Counted from the first letter of the stretch, positions 1 to 10,425 are shown. The stretch: DNA of 64,000 bases from an uncultured Chloroflexia bacterium (GCA_963763775.1 CAVXPZ010000003.1:672001-736000); one strand, 5' to 3'. Numbers and translations are program-made. Notes: generated by a model from the sequence alone, not told the origin.

Positions 1-1280
1 TCTACCTGGCGGGGTATCCGTTCATGGCCGCGGGCCTGCTCCTGCTGATCCGACGACGCCTCGGCGACGGTGACCGCGGTGGCATCCTCGACGCGGCGAT
101 CCTCACCACGGCCGTCGCGATCGTGTCGTGGACGTTCTTCATCCAGCCGCTCGTCGTCGGCTCCGACCTCGACCCGCTGTCGCTCGCGATCAGCCTCGCC
201 TACCCGATCAACGACCTGCTGCTCATCGGGATGGCGATGGGCCTGCTCGCGACGCCGGGCGCTCGCACCCCGTCCTTCCGCCTCCTGGGTCTCGGCCTGC
301 TCGCACTCCTGGCCGCCGACCAGATCTACGCGGTCCAGAACCTGGACGGCTCGTACGTGTCGGGCGGCCCGCTCGACTCGATCTACCTCATCGCCTACAT
401 CCTGTTCGGCCTCGCCGCGGCCCATCCGTCGATGGTCCATCTCACCGACCCGCACCCGGTCGCGATCACGTGGCTGGGGCCGGTCCGGATGATCTGCCTC
501 GCCGCGGCCATGATCACCGGGCCGATCCTCGTCACGATGGGGCCCGGCGCCGACAGTGGTCTCGCGGTCGTGGCGCTCGGCACGGCCGTCCTGTCGCTGC
601 TCGTCCTCGTCCGGATGTCGGGCATCGTCCGGATGCTCGACCACGACGTGAAGAAGCGACGCGCCCTCGAGGCGCAGCTCAGCTACCAGGCCTTCCACGA
701 CCCGCTCACCGGCCTGGCCAACCGCCGCCGTTTCGTGGAGCAGGCCGAGGCCGCCCTCGTCGGCCGCCAGCGCACCGGCTCGATCGCCGCCCTGTTCCTC
801 GACCTCGACGATTTCAAGACGGTCAACGACAGCCTCGGCCACGCCGCGGGCGACGAGCTGCTGGGGACCGTGGCGGCCCGGATCCGCGAGAGCCTGCGCG
901 CGACCGATCTCGCGGCCCGGCTCGGCGGCGACGAGTTCGGCGTGCTCCTGCTGGACATCACCGACGTCGGATACGCGCAGACCGTCGCCGAGCGGCTCCT
1001 CGCCACGATCCAGGCCCCGCTCACGATCTCTGACGTCGCGGTGGAGGTCGGCGCGAGCATCGGCATCGCGGTGGACACCTCGACGATGACCGGCGTGGAC
1101 GACCTCCTCGGCGACGCGGACGTCGCGATGTACCAGGCCAAGGCGATGGGCAAGGGCCGTCACCACACGTTCACGGCCGACCTGCACGGCTCGAGCGCCC
1201 GGGAGCGCACCTGGTCCGAGGGCCCCCGCTCGGTCCGCCGACCGCTCGGCGCTGCCCGCCTGGAGCCCGGCGCCGGCTAG
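1..1280 (+). CDS. Membrane-bound diguanylate cyclase (GGDEF), probably 5'-truncated by the window edge
   Basis: Several TM helices, then HDPLTGLANRR, DLDDFKTVNDSLGH, an RxxD I-site (RATD), LGGDEF and ADVAMYQAK; the frame is open upstream of ATG 24. Confidence 0.92.
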   Translation, partial: YLAGYPFMAAGLLLLIRRRLGDGDRGGILDAAILTTAVAIVSWTFFIQPLVVGSDLDPLSLAISLAYPINDLLLIGMAMGLLATPGARTPSFRLLGLGLLALLAADQIYAVQNLDGSYVSGGPLDSIYLIAYILFGLAAAHPSMVHLTDPHPVAITWLGPVRMICLAAAMITGPILVTMGPGADSGLAVVALGTAVLSLLVLVRMSGIVRMLDHDVKKRRALEAQLSYQAFHDPLTGLANRRRFVEQAEAALVGRQRTGSIAALFLDLDDFKTVNDSLGHAAGDELLGTVAARIRESLRATDLAARLGGDEFGVLLLDITDVGYAQTVAERLLATIQAPLTISDVAVEVGASIGIAVDTSTMTGVDDLLGDADVAMYQAKAMGKGRHHTFTADLHGSSARERTWSEGPRSVRRPLGAARLEPGAG

Positions 1281-1352
1281 CACCGGCCCGGCGCACTAGA
1301 CTCGATCCAGTCGCGCGGTGGCAACGGGTCGTCGCGCCGGACGCGGTCGCAG

Positions 1353-2144
1353 ATGATGGATATCCCGCTCTTTCCGCTCCACACGGTGCTCTGCCCCGGC
1401 ATCGTCGTGCCGCTCCACGTCTTCGAGGAACGCTATCGCGCCCTCACCCAGCACTGCCTCGACACGGGTCGCCCGTTCGGCGTCGTGCTGATCAAGAGCG
1501 GCCGCGAGGTCGGCGAGCGCGGCGTGCTGTCGCTCGCTGGGGTCGGCGCCTTCGCCGAGATCCGCCAGGCGGGCCGCTATCCGGACGGACGGTTCGACCT
1601 CCTCGCCGCGGGCACGGGCCGGTTCGCGATCGAGTCCGTCGATGCGGCCAGCGAGCCGTATCTCGTCGCGGAGGTCACGCCGCTCGACGACGAGGTGGGC
1701 GACGAGCCACGGGCGGAGCGGCTCGCCGCCTCGGCGATCCGGCGGTTCGTCCGCTACCTCGAGCTCATGCGGGCGCGCGACGGCGAGACCGCAGAGGAAC
1801 TCGACATCCGGGTGGAGCTCGAGACCGCGGGGCCGGACGACACGGCCGAGCCGACCACCGACACCGACACCCCCGAGATCGTGGCCAGCGCCAAGGCCGA
1901 CGACGAGCCGGCCACTGCGGCCGACCTCGCGATCCCGGACGACCCCACCGTGCTGTCCTACCTGTTGTCGGGCATCGTCCAGGTCGAGCTGCCGCGCCGC
2001 CAGGGACTGCTCGAGGCCGAGACCACCGTCGAGCGGCTGGAGGCGCTGATCCGCCTCCTCGACCGCGAGGTGATGCTGCTGACGAACCGGCTGCGGCTGT
2101 TCTCCGCGGACCCGCGCCAGATCGGCGGCGTTCGCCGGAGCTAG
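1353..2144 (+). CDS. Lon peptidase substrate-binding (Lon-N) domain protein
   Basis: IPLFPLHTVLCPG, LHVFEERYR, C-terminal RQGLLE..ERL; no ATPase or protease domain. Confidence 0.88.
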   Translation: MMDIPLFPLHTVLCPGIVVPLHVFEERYRALTQHCLDTGRPFGVVLIKSGREVGERGVLSLAGVGAFAEIRQAGRYPDGRFDLLAAGTGRFAIESVDAASEPYLVAEVTPLDDEVGDEPRAERLAASAIRRFVRYLELMRARDGETAEELDIRVELETAGPDDTAEPTTDTDTPEIVASAKADDEPATAADLAIPDDPTVLSYLLSGIVQVELPRRQGLLEAETTVERLEALIRLLDREVMLLTNRLRLFSADPRQIGGVRRS

Positions 2145-2163
2145 CTCCGCCGCCGCCCGCCGA

Positions 2164-2829
2164 TCATCCGACGCCGACTGCGGCGAGGTCCTCCGCGGAG
2201 GCCCCGAGCGTCCACGGGGCGATGTCGTCCACGAGCGCGAACCCGAGCGACTCGTACAGCGGCCGGCCGAGCGGCGTCGACCAGAACGCGATCGCGTCGA
2301 CGGCCTCGCCCCACGCAGCCGCATCCGCGAGCGCCCGGGTCAGGACGCTGCGCCCGGCTCCTCGCCGCCGGTGCCGGGGCGTGGTCATCATGTCGAAGAC
2401 GCCCAGCGAGTCGTCGACGCGCGTCACGAAGACGCAGCTCACCGGCTCGGGACCATCCCACGCCACCCACCCGCCGACATCGGGCCGGTCGAGCAGCGAC
2501 GGGCCGTACATGCCGGCCGTGAACTCGGGTGCGTAGCCGTGGGCCTCGGCGAAGAGCCGCTGGACCGCGGCATGGTCCGCTTCCCCGCGGACTCGCCGGA
2601 CCTCGAAAGCCGACTCGGCGATGGGCGGGAGTCTTGCGGCGAAGAACATGGCCTCGGGGATCCCCGTGGGCTCCCAGCCGTTCGCACGGAGGACATCGCC
2701 GACGTCCGCCGCCACCGTCGACGAGACGCCGAGCAGGCACGGGACGTCCCGCGCGGCCACGTGGCGGGCGAGGGTGTGGGCGGTCCCGGCGTCGGCGTCT
2801 CCGAAGAGCGCGGTCTGGTTCACGTCCAC
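2164..2829 (-). CDS. GNAT family N-acetyltransferase
   Basis: Acetyl-CoA motif HRRRGAG and LYESLGF. Confidence 0.82.
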   Translation of the reverse strand: MDVNQTALFGDADAGTAHTLARHVAARDVPCLLGVSSTVAADVGDVLRANGWEPTGIPEAMFFAARLPPIAESAFEVRRVRGEADHAAVQRLFAEAHGYAPEFTAGMYGPSLLDRPDVGGWVAWDGPEPVSCVFVTRVDDSLGVFDMMTTPRHRRRGAGRSVLTRALADAAAWGEAVDAIAFWSTPLGRPLYESLGFALVDDIAPWTLGASAEDLAAVGVG

Positions 2830-3041
2830 GTGCGATCCGCCCGAGAGGACCGCGAAGGCGCCATCCCATCGCGCGACGGACGGCGCCGGCCCGCTGGCCA
2901 GCAGGATCGCGGCGTGTCGGCCGTAGCGTCCGCCAGAGGTCGGGGACGCGCGATGGATCGGTCACGCGCGCAGGATCTCGGGCGCTGCGGCCGACTCGGT
3001 CGCTCGGTCCGCTGCGCGCGTGACCATCCTGGTTCGGTTGG

Positions 3042-3425
3042 TCAGTCCTCGACGATCCCGAACGCGTTCTTCACGGACGGGCGGTGCAGGTACCACAGCA
3101 GGATCAGCGGGAATGCTGTCGTCGCCAGCGCGTAGTTGAGGCTGCCGGTCCCGAGGAGGGCGAAGACCGCCTCGACCAGGCCGAAGATCGCGAGGATCAT
3201 GCCCAGCATCCAGCCCCACGGCTGGAGGCGCCACGCGGCGAGGCCGCCCACCCAGAACGCCAGGCCCGTGAGGACGATCAGCCAGCCCCAGATCCAGGTG
3301 CCCTGGCCGGCCGGCAGCGGGCCGAACGTCACGGCGGTGGTCATCTGGAAGCCGAGCATCATGTACGAAAGGCCAGCCGCCGCGAAGATGATCGCGAGCA
3401 CGGTGACCCCGAACGGTCGCTTCAT
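3042..3425 (-). CDS. Small 4-TM membrane protein
   Basis: KRPFGVTVLAI...WYLHRPSVKNAF, four hydrophobic segments, GGAG-type RBS upstream. Confidence 0.75.
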   Translation of the reverse strand: MKRPFGVTVLAIIFAAAGLSYMMLGFQMTTAVTFGPLPAGQGTWIWGWLIVLTGLAFWVGGLAAWRLQPWGWMLGMILAIFGLVEAVFALLGTGSLNYALATTAFPLILLWYLHRPSVKNAFGIVED

Positions 3426-3560
3426 GCGTCTCCCTCGAACTCGGTGATGGACGGGAACGGGCCGTCCGACCCGGGATCGGCGATCCCGATGCCGTGAGCG
3501 TCGTCTGCCGCGTGGCCATCGTCATCATGCGACATGGATGACCCGTCGTCGCGTCGCCGG

Positions 3561-4175
3561 CTACTCGCTGAAGCGCTCTTCCTTCCACGGATCGGCGTCG
3601 TTGTTGTAGCCGTAGCGCTCCCAGAAGCCGAGCTGGTCGTGATCGAGGAACTCCAGCCCGCGGACCCACTTGCTGCTCTTCCAGAAGTAGCGCTTCGGGA
3701 CGAAGAGGCGGAGCGGATAGCCGTGCTCCAGTTCGAGCGGCTTCCCGTCGAAGGTGTCGGCGAGGAGCACGTCCTCGTCATCGAGCACGCTCAGGGGCAC
3801 GTTGGCCGTGTAGCCCTGCTCGGCGTGCGACACGACGTGCGTCGCCGACGGGCGGACGCCGACCATCTCGAGGATGGTCTGGATCGCGACCCCTTCCCAG
3901 ACCGTGTCGAGCTTGGTCCAGCGGGTGACGCAGTGGATGTCCGTCTTGACGGTCTTGCGCGGCAGCGCCTTGAACTGCTCCCAGGTCAGGGTCAGCGGCG
4001 AGTCGACCTCGCCGTACACGCGGAAGTCCCATGCGGCGAGGTCCACCTTCGGGATCGAGCCGTAGTGCAGGACCGGGAACTTGTCGGTCTTGTACTGGCC
4101 GGGCGGGATGCGCTCGGCGATGGCCGGGTCCTTGTCGGCGGACCCGAAGAGGCGTTCGAACATGGTGCGGGACAT
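3561..4175 (-). CDS. Sulfite-oxidase-like molybdopterin oxidoreductase (YuiH-like)
   Basis: RIPPGQ, FPVLH, DIHCVTRW (Mo-ligand Cys), EHGYPLRL, YFWKSSKW, GFWE; start at 4175 or 4163. Confidence 0.9.
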   Translation of the reverse strand: MSRTMFERLFGSADKDPAIAERIPPGQYKTDKFPVLHYGSIPKVDLAAWDFRVYGEVDSPLTLTWEQFKALPRKTVKTDIHCVTRWTKLDTVWEGVAIQTILEMVGVRPSATHVVSHAEQGYTANVPLSVLDDEDVLLADTFDGKPLELEHGYPLRLFVPKRYFWKSSKWVRGLEFLDHDQLGFWERYGYNNDADPWKEERFSE

Positions 4176-4311
4176 CCTCGAAGATCTAGCTGAGCCCCGA
4201 TATCCTCGCACACCCTCCGTGACCGTTCGATGACCGAAGCGGTGTGGTCCTGAGGGGTATGGGACCATCGGCGGATGACCCGATCCGCGGCCGAGACGCT
4301 ACGCTAGCCCC

Positions 4312-5070
4312 ATGCCGTCCCCACCGCGGGTCGTGATCGTCATGCCCGCGTACAACGCCGCCCGCACCCTCGAGCGAACCTACGCCGACATCCCCCACGA
4401 GATGGTCGACCGGATCATCCTCGTGGACGACGTGTCGCGGGACCAGACGGTCGACATCGCCCGCCAGCTCGGGCTCGACGTCATCATCCACAGCCAGAAC
4501 CGCGGCTATGGCGGCAATCAGAAGACCTGTTACGACGCGGCGATCGCCGCCGGCGCCGACATCGTCGTGATGCTCCACCCCGACTACCAGTACGACGCGA
4601 CGCGGATCCCGGCATTGATCGAGCCGATCGCGTCCGGCCAGCGTGACCTGATGCTCGGCAGCCGGTTCCTCGGCGACCCCCTGGCCGGCGGCATGCCGCG
4701 CTGGAAGTACGTCAGCAACCGGGGCCTGACGGGCCTCGAGAACCGGGCGTTCGGGCTCCACCTCTCCGAGTACCACACGGGTCTGCGGGCCTACAGCCGG
4801 CACCTGCTCGAGACGATCCCGTACCGGCTCAACTCCGACGACTTCGTGTTCGACCAGGAACTCATCGCGCAGGTGGTCGCGGCCGGCATGGCCGCGCGCA
4901 TCGGCGAGGTCGCGGTCCCGACCCGCTACTTCGAGGAGGCGTCCTCGGTCGGATTCAAGCGAAGCGTCGTCTACGGCCTCTCCACGCTGCGCGTCGTCGC
5001 CCGCTACGTGCTCCACCGGCTCCGCGTCCGACGCTCGCCGAAGCTCCTGGCGCGCGACCGCGTGGACTGA
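4312..5070 (+). CDS. GT2 glycosyltransferase (polyprenol-phosphate glycosyltransferase/DPM-like)
   Basis: VMPAYN, ILVDD, NRGYG, HPDYQY, GSRF; leaderless -10 TACGCT 6 nt upstream. Confidence 0.9.
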   Translation: MPSPPRVVIVMPAYNAARTLERTYADIPHEMVDRIILVDDVSRDQTVDIARQLGLDVIIHSQNRGYGGNQKTCYDAAIAAGADIVVMLHPDYQYDATRIPALIEPIASGQRDLMLGSRFLGDPLAGGMPRWKYVSNRGLTGLENRAFGLHLSEYHTGLRAYSRHLLETIPYRLNSDDFVFDQELIAQVVAAGMAARIGEVAVPTRYFEEASSVGFKRSVVYGLSTLRVVARYVLHRLRVRRSPKLLARDRVD

Positions 5071-5085
5071 CCGGGTCCCGCCACC

Positions 5086-6117
5086 GTGAGGATCGGCTCG
5101 CGCGCGCTCCTGCGGAGCGTCCTCGGCATCGGCATCAGCCTCGTCGCGGGCTGGCTCGTCCTCCGCTCGGTGGACCTGGCCGCGGTCGGCGCGGTCCTGG
5201 CCAAGGCGAACCCCGGGTGGATCGTCCTGCTGTTCGCGGCGGTCTTCATCGACGTCGGCATGCGCGCGGCCCGGTGGCGCGTCCTCCTCCGGCCGATCGT
5301 GGTCGTGCCGTACCGGCGAGTCCTCGGTTACACGTACCTCGGCTACCTCGCGAACAACATCCTGCCGGCCCGCCTCGGCGAGCTGGTCCGCGTCCATGCG
5401 CTGGGCGAGGGCGAGGGCGTGAGCCGCACGACGGTCCTCGGCACCGTGGTCGTGGAGCGCGTCGTGGACACCGTGATGGTCGTGGCGATCGCCGCGCTGA
5501 GCGTCGTCGTCCTGAGCGTGCGCGGCGTGATGTCGAGCGCGGTGCTCCTTGGCGGCGCGTTCGTGACCCTCCTCGTGATCCTGCTCGCCATCGGCATCGC
5601 GGCGCATCGGCTGCCGGGCGCCGAGCGCGTCACCGTCTTCGTCGAGCGTTGGCCGCGCGTCATCGAGCTCGCCCGCCGGCTCCGTGACGGGCTCTCGGTG
5701 GCGGCACGGCCGCGGGTGATGGCCGGGGCGGTCGCCTTCAGCGTCTTCGCCTGGGTCGCCTCGATCATCGCGTTCCTCGCGGGCGGGCAGGCGGTCGGGA
5801 TCCAGCTCACCGTGGCCCAGGGGGCACTCATCGCCAGCGGCGTCGCGCTCGCGACGATCGTCCCGGCGGGCCCGGGCTACCTGGGCACGTTCGAGCTGAC
5901 GGCGGTCGGGATCGCGGACGGCTTCGGGATCGGCCGCGACGAGGCGTTCGCGATGGCCCTGCTGGTCCACGTCGCGATCCTGCTGGTGACCACGATCGGC
6001 GGCGTCGTCGAGATCGTCGCCGCGCGACGCCGCGGGCACCCGATGGCCTTCGATGCCGAGCCGGTCCTCGACGGGACCGACGACCCGGCCCCCGATCCCG
6101 CGCCTCGACCCGCCTGA
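5086..6117 (+). CDS. Lysylphosphatidylglycerol-synthase TM domain / flippase-like protein (UPF0104)
   Basis: RAARW, NNILPARLGELVR, ERVVD, PAGPGYLGTFE. Confidence 0.88.
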   Translation: MRIGSRALLRSVLGIGISLVAGWLVLRSVDLAAVGAVLAKANPGWIVLLFAAVFIDVGMRAARWRVLLRPIVVVPYRRVLGYTYLGYLANNILPARLGELVRVHALGEGEGVSRTTVLGTVVVERVVDTVMVVAIAALSVVVLSVRGVMSSAVLLGGAFVTLLVILLAIGIAAHRLPGAERVTVFVERWPRVIELARRLRDGLSVAARPRVMAGAVAFSVFAWVASIIAFLAGGQAVGIQLTVAQGALIASGVALATIVPAGPGYLGTFELTAVGIADGFGIGRDEAFAMALLVHVAILLVTTIGGVVEIVAARRRGHPMAFDAEPVLDGTDDPAPDPAPRPA

Positions 6118-6162
6118 CCGGGGCGATCCGAGCCGGCCGGTCCGGCGACGGACCGGTGGACC

Positions 6163-7226
6163 CTAGGCCGGCAGGCTGCTGGCCAGATCCAGGGACACGA
6201 TGGCGACGAGCGTGGCGACCCCGATGATGACCGCCGCGCCGAGTCCGACCGCGAACGCCTGCGGACCGACCGCGCGCAGGTCCGAGATCCGGATCGACAG
6301 CCCGACGCCGGCCAGGCCGACGAGGATGCACCAGCCGGAGATCGACCCGAGGACCGCCGCGAGGTCCGGGCCGATGATGCCGACGCTGCGCAGGACCGTC
6401 ATCGCCACGAAGCCGATGACGAACAGCGGCACGGCCTTGCGGATGCCGGCGCCGGTGTCGCCGGCGACGCCGCCCGAGCGAGCCCAGGCCCAGGCGATCC
6501 CGACGAGGAGCGGCGCCATGAGCGCGTTGCGGATCAGCTTGACGACCGTGGCCACGTCGAGCGCGTCCGGCGAGAAGGCGGCGCTCGCGGCCACGACCTG
6601 GCTCGTGTCGTTGATCGCGATCCCGGACCAGAGGCCGAAGGCCGGATCGGCGAGCGGGATCGCGTGCCCGATGACCGGGTAGATGAAGACGGCCGCCGTC
6701 CCGAAGATCGTCACGGTGGCGACCGCGAATGCGACGTCACGCGAGCGGGCGGCGATGACGGGTGCGGTCGCCACGACCGCCGAGTTGCCGCACACGGCCG
6801 CGCCGACCGCGAGCAGGACCGCGAGCCGTGGCTCGACGCTGGCCAGCCGCGAGAGCAACAGCACGAGCGACAACGCCGCGGCCATCGTCACGACCACGAC
6901 GATCGTCGCTGGGACGCCGATCCGGGCGATCTGCTCGAAGCTCAGCCTCGCCCCGAGCAGGACGATCCCGAGGCGGAGGACGCGCTGGGCGGTGAACCCG
7001 AGGCCGGGGTGAGCGTCGCAGCGTCCGCCCGCGAGGCGACGACCTGGCCGACCACGATCCCCAGGGCGATCGCGATGGTCACCGGCGGGATGCTCGAGGG
7101 CAGGAACCCGCTGGCCACGCCGGCCACCAGCGCGATCGCCGTCGCGAGCAGCAGGCCGGGGGCGATGGCGATCGCGGTCGCCCGGGCGCGCACGCGCCGG
7201 CCGTCAGCGGCCGACACGAGCGTCAC
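6163..7226 (-). CDS. YeiH/UPF0324 putative sulfate exporter, one frameshift near 7005
   Basis: CGNSA, AINDTSQVVAA, VVKLIR in ORF 6163..6897; the N-terminal PGLLLA helix lies in another frame (6942..7226); GTGA overlap with the upstream gene. Confidence 0.82.
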
Positions 7227-7681
7227 GAAGCGAGGGCGGCAGGCACCTGGTCGTACGGCTCGAAACGAAGGCCGGCGCCGCCGGCCGCGTGGCGGACCCG
7301 GAGGAACTCGAGCGTGTAGCGCTCGTACATCTCGCGGATGAGCGTGACCGCCTCCTGGTGGGCCGGTTTCCCGGACGCGGTCCGGGCATCGGCGCGGCTG
7401 TCCCAGAGGCAGAACGACAGGCAGCTGCCGTCCGACGCCGTCGGACCCTTGAAGTAGTGGACGAAGCCCGGTGACGTCGCCGCTTCCTGATGGGCGCGCT
7501 CATCGAACTCGCACAGCCGAGCTTCATCGGCGTCGGCACGACGGGTGGAGCGGAACACGACCATGTACCACTCGCGTCCGGCCGGGAGGTCGCGGGCGGC
7601 ATCGCGCCAATCGAAGGCCTCCGCGACCGGCAGGGACGCGTAGCGATCGTCGATCGGCTCGAGTGCGGCGAAGCCGTCCAT
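7223..7681 (-). CDS. Hypothetical ABM-barrel-like protein resembling fungal UPF0643
   Basis: WYMVVFRS, DERAHQEA, YFKG, SFCLWDSR, H..A motifs; family match recalled, not searched. Confidence 0.6.
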   Translation of the reverse strand: MDGFAALEPIDDRYASLPVAEAFDWRDAARDLPAGREWYMVVFRSTRRADADEARLCEFDERAHQEAATSPGFVHYFKGPTASDGSCLSFCLWDSRADARTASGKPAHQEAVTLIREMYERYTLEFLRVRHAAGGAGLRFEPYDQVPAALAS

Positions 7682-7690
7682 CGAGGGTGG

Positions 7691-7728
7691 AGCATCGACG
7701 GTCCCGCATCGATTGTCAAATAGCGGGA
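7691..7728 (-). promoter_or_regulatory. Sigma70-type promoter with a flanking dyad (possible IclR operator)
   Basis: Minus strand TTGACA(7719-7714)-17 nt-GATGCT(7696-7691); inverted repeat TCCCGC(7702-7707)/GCGGGA(7723-7728) brackets the -35. Confidence 0.55.
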
Positions 7729-7762
7729 GGTACCAGTCCTGACATACGAATGTCCGGCCCGG

Positions 7763-8533
7763 TCACACCCGCGGCGCCGCCTGCAACGAGCCGACGATGA
7801 GGGCGGCCGCGTCCGGCAGGAGCCGGCTGACGCGTGTACGCCAGGCGAGCCCGCATCGCATCTCCGGCCCGATGACGGCGATCGCCGCGACGATCCCGTC
7901 TTCCCGGATGATGGGAACCGCGACTGTCACGGTGCCGGGGATCGGGTCGTCCTCGCTGCGGGCGATCCCGGCCGCGGTGATGGCGGCCAGCTCCTTGCGC
8001 AGTTCGCGACGGCGTAGACCGGCCGGTGGGTGGGACTGGCCGAGCACTTCGCCGAGGATGTCGGGCGGGGCGTAGGCGAGGAGGACCTTGGCGATCGCGC
8101 CCTCGTGGAGCGGCGTCGCCAGACCGGGCCCGAGGTTCACCCGCAGGGCGTGCCGGGACGACACCTCGTGGAGACAGACGGCCGACAGGCCGACGCGCCG
8201 GCTGATCACCGCCGTCTCGCCGGTCTCCTCCTCGAGCGACCGGAGGATCGGGTCGGCGAGGCGGATCAGCTCCTCGCTGCTCACATTCGTGCCACGGCCG
8301 ATGACGAGCCGCGGGCCGAGCCGATAGCCGGCGTCGCTGCGCTCGACGAACCCGAAGTCCGCGAGCGTGCGCAGGTAGCGGTAGATCGTCGACATGGGGG
8401 TCTCGAGGAGCGTCCCGAGCTCGTCCGCGCGGATCTCGCCGCGGTCCGCGATCGTGAGCAGGACTCGCAGGCCGCGGGCGAACGAGGTGTCCTCGGCGGC
8501 TTCCTCGGGCGGCCGGTCTCGCGCGGTCGTCAC
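7763..8533 (-). CDS. IclR family transcriptional regulator
   Basis: SFARGLRVL, HTH STIYRYLRTL, ETGET, GAIAKVLLA, VAAIAV. Confidence 0.92.
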   Translation of the reverse strand: MTTARDRPPEEAAEDTSFARGLRVLLTIADRGEIRADELGTLLETPMSTIYRYLRTLADFGFVERSDAGYRLGPRLVIGRGTNVSSEELIRLADPILRSLEEETGETAVISRRVGLSAVCLHEVSSRHALRVNLGPGLATPLHEGAIAKVLLAYAPPDILGEVLGQSHPPAGLRRRELRKELAAITAAGIARSEDDPIPGTVTVAVPIIREDGIVAAIAVIGPEMRCGLAWRTRVSRLLPDAAALIVGSLQAAPRV

Positions 8534-8583
8534 GGGACGGCCTGGACCGACGGCCGGCGATGCGGCCGGCGACGGGAAAGGCC

Positions 8584-8611
8584 GAGGCCCGCCCGTCGCC
8601 GGGCGGGCCTC
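8584..8611. terminator. Perfect 12-bp stem hairpin between the SBP gene and iclR
   Basis: GAGGCCCGCCCG-tcgc-CGGGCGGGCCTC; may terminate or stabilise the SBP mRNA. Confidence 0.6.
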
Positions 8612-8636
8612 AGGGGATGCACGTCGGTGCCGGCGG

Positions 8637-9557
8637 TTACTTGAGCAGGCCCTGCTCGGTGAGCCAGGCCTTGGCGACGTCCGCGACGTCCTCGTTGTTG
8701 ACGCCGACCTTGACGCCGAGCTGCGTGAGCACGTCCGTCGTCAGCTTGGCCGACACGGCGTCGAGCAGGCCGGAGAAGGCCGTCTTGTCCACCTTGGACA
8801 GGTAGCTGTTCAGCACGACCGGCGCGATGTTCTCGGCCGGCTGGGTCTGCTTGTCGTCGGCGAGGACGACGAACCCGTTCTGCGCGATCGCCGGCTGGGT
8901 CGAGCAGAGCCACGCGAAGTCGATGGCCTTGCCCTTCAGGGCCTCGGCGATCGGCGCGTCGCAGGCGGCCAGCGCCTGTCGCTGCTTCGGCGGGTAGGTG
9001 ATGCCGTAGGACTCGAGCGCGCCCTTGCAGAGCGGGTTCGCGTCGCAGTCGGGCGGCAGGCCCCACTTGAGCTGGTCCTGCACGGCGGCCAGGTCGCTCA
9101 TCTTCGTGAGCTTGAGGCTGTCGGCGGTGTCCTTGCGGACGACCGCCGCGTTCCCGTCCACGCCGGGCGAGATCGCGAGCACGGTCGCCAGGTTGCTCTT
9201 GCCGTCGTAGACCGCCTGGAGCGCGGCCTTGTTCTTCTCGCCGTCGCCGGTGATCTTGGTCTTGTCGTAGTAGCCGAGGCCCGACCCGACGTACTCGGGC
9301 ACGAGGTCGACCTGGCCGGCCTCGAAGGCGGGCGCGCGGTCCTGCCGGGAGCCCATGCCGAGGTTCCGGGTGACCTTGTAGCCGGCCGCCTCGAGCACGT
9401 CGGCGTACATCTCGGCCACGAGCTTGGACTCGTAGAAGTTGTCGGACCCGATCTTGATGTCCGCCTTCGTACCAGAGCCGCTTCCCCCGCCGGACGAGCA
9501 GGCGGCGAGAACCACCACCACCGTCGCCCCGAGGGCCAGCAAGCGGTTCATCCGCAT
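8637..9557 (-). CDS. Glycine betaine/choline-type ABC transporter substrate-binding lipoprotein (OpuAC/OsmX family)
   Basis: Lipobox LAAC, IGSDNFYES, DLVPEYVGS, LADDK..PAENIAP, AKAWL. Confidence 0.9.
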   Translation of the reverse strand: MRMNRLLALGATVVVVLAACSSGGGSGSGTKADIKIGSDNFYESKLVAEMYADVLEAAGYKVTRNLGMGSRQDRAPAFEAGQVDLVPEYVGSGLGYYDKTKITGDGEKNKAALQAVYDGKSNLATVLAISPGVDGNAAVVRKDTADSLKLTKMSDLAAVQDQLKWGLPPDCDANPLCKGALESYGITYPPKQRQALAACDAPIAEALKGKAIDFAWLCSTQPAIAQNGFVVLADDKQTQPAENIAPVVLNSYLSKVDKTAFSGLLDAVSAKLTTDVLTQLGVKVGVNNEDVADVAKAWLTEQGLLK

Positions 9558-9654
9558 CTGGGTAACTCCCTTCCAGGATCCTCCTCCGCCGTCAGGCTGA
9601 CCAGCGGTCCGCGTACCTTACCAGCGGTCTCGCCGAGTGTCCCTTGCGGAACGG

Positions 9655-10425
9655 TCAATTCCTGACAGGTACGCCGAGCATCCCGGGGTCGACCACGGTC
9701 TCGTCCATCTGTTCGGGCGGTCGCATCCCGCCACCGCCGCGCAACGCCTTCGGGGTCACGATCCGCTGGACCACCGCCAGGACCGCGTCCACGAGGAGGG
9801 CGAGCACCGTGACGAGGACCGCACCGGCGAACAGCATGTCGGGTTCGCTCCGGGCGATGCCGTCGATGATGAACCGGCCCAGGCCGCCGTACGAGAGGAT
9901 CGCCCCGATCGTCGCCGTGGCGATGACCTGGAGCGTGGCCGTGCGGAACCCGCCGACGAGGATCGGGGTCGCGATCGGCACCTCGATGCGACGGAGGATC
10001 TGCGACTCGCGCATGCCCATCCCGCGGCCCGCCTCGATGAGGTCGCGGTCGACCTCGCGCAGGCCGGCGTAGGCGCCGACCAGGATCGGCGGGATCGCCA
10101 GCAGGGTCATCGCGAGGAAGATCGGCAGGAAGGTCAGGCCGAGCCCGGGGTCGTAGCCGATCGTCGGCGCCATGGTCAGCGCGAGGGGAAGGACCGCGAC
10201 CATCAGGGCGTACGACGGGACCGCTCGCCCGATGTTCGCGAGGTTGATCGCGAGGTTGGCGTACCTGCCGGTGTGGCCGATGTACAGGCCGACCGGCAGC
10301 CCGATGGCGGTGGCCGCGGCCACGGCGAGCACGCAGATCCAGAGGTGCTCGATCAGGCGGGTGGGGATGCTGGTCGGGCCCGCCCAGTTCGCGGGGTCCG
10401 CGAAGAACCCGATGACGTCGGGCAT
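9655..10425 (-). CDS. Osmoprotectant ABC transporter permease
   Basis: EAA loop EAGRGMGM, ATIGA...GGLG. Confidence 0.9.
   Translation of the reverse strand: MPDVIGFFADPANWAGPTSIPTRLIEHLWICVLAVAAATAIGLPVGLYIGHTGRYANLAINLANIGRAVPSYALMVAVLPLALTMAPTIGYDPGLGLTFLPIFLAMTLLAIPPILVGAYAGLREVDRDLIEAGRGMGMRESQILRRIEVPIATPILVGGFRTATLQVIATATIGAILSYGGLGRFIIDGIARSEPDMLFAGAVLVTVLALLVDAVLAVVQRIVTPKALRGGGGMRPPEQMDETVVDPGMLGVPVRN

Noticed and set aside
3422-3535. Acidic 37-aa ORF (MSHDDDGHAADD...) overlapping the next start codon
   Set aside because: No clear RBS or recognisable family; cannot be distinguished from UTR.
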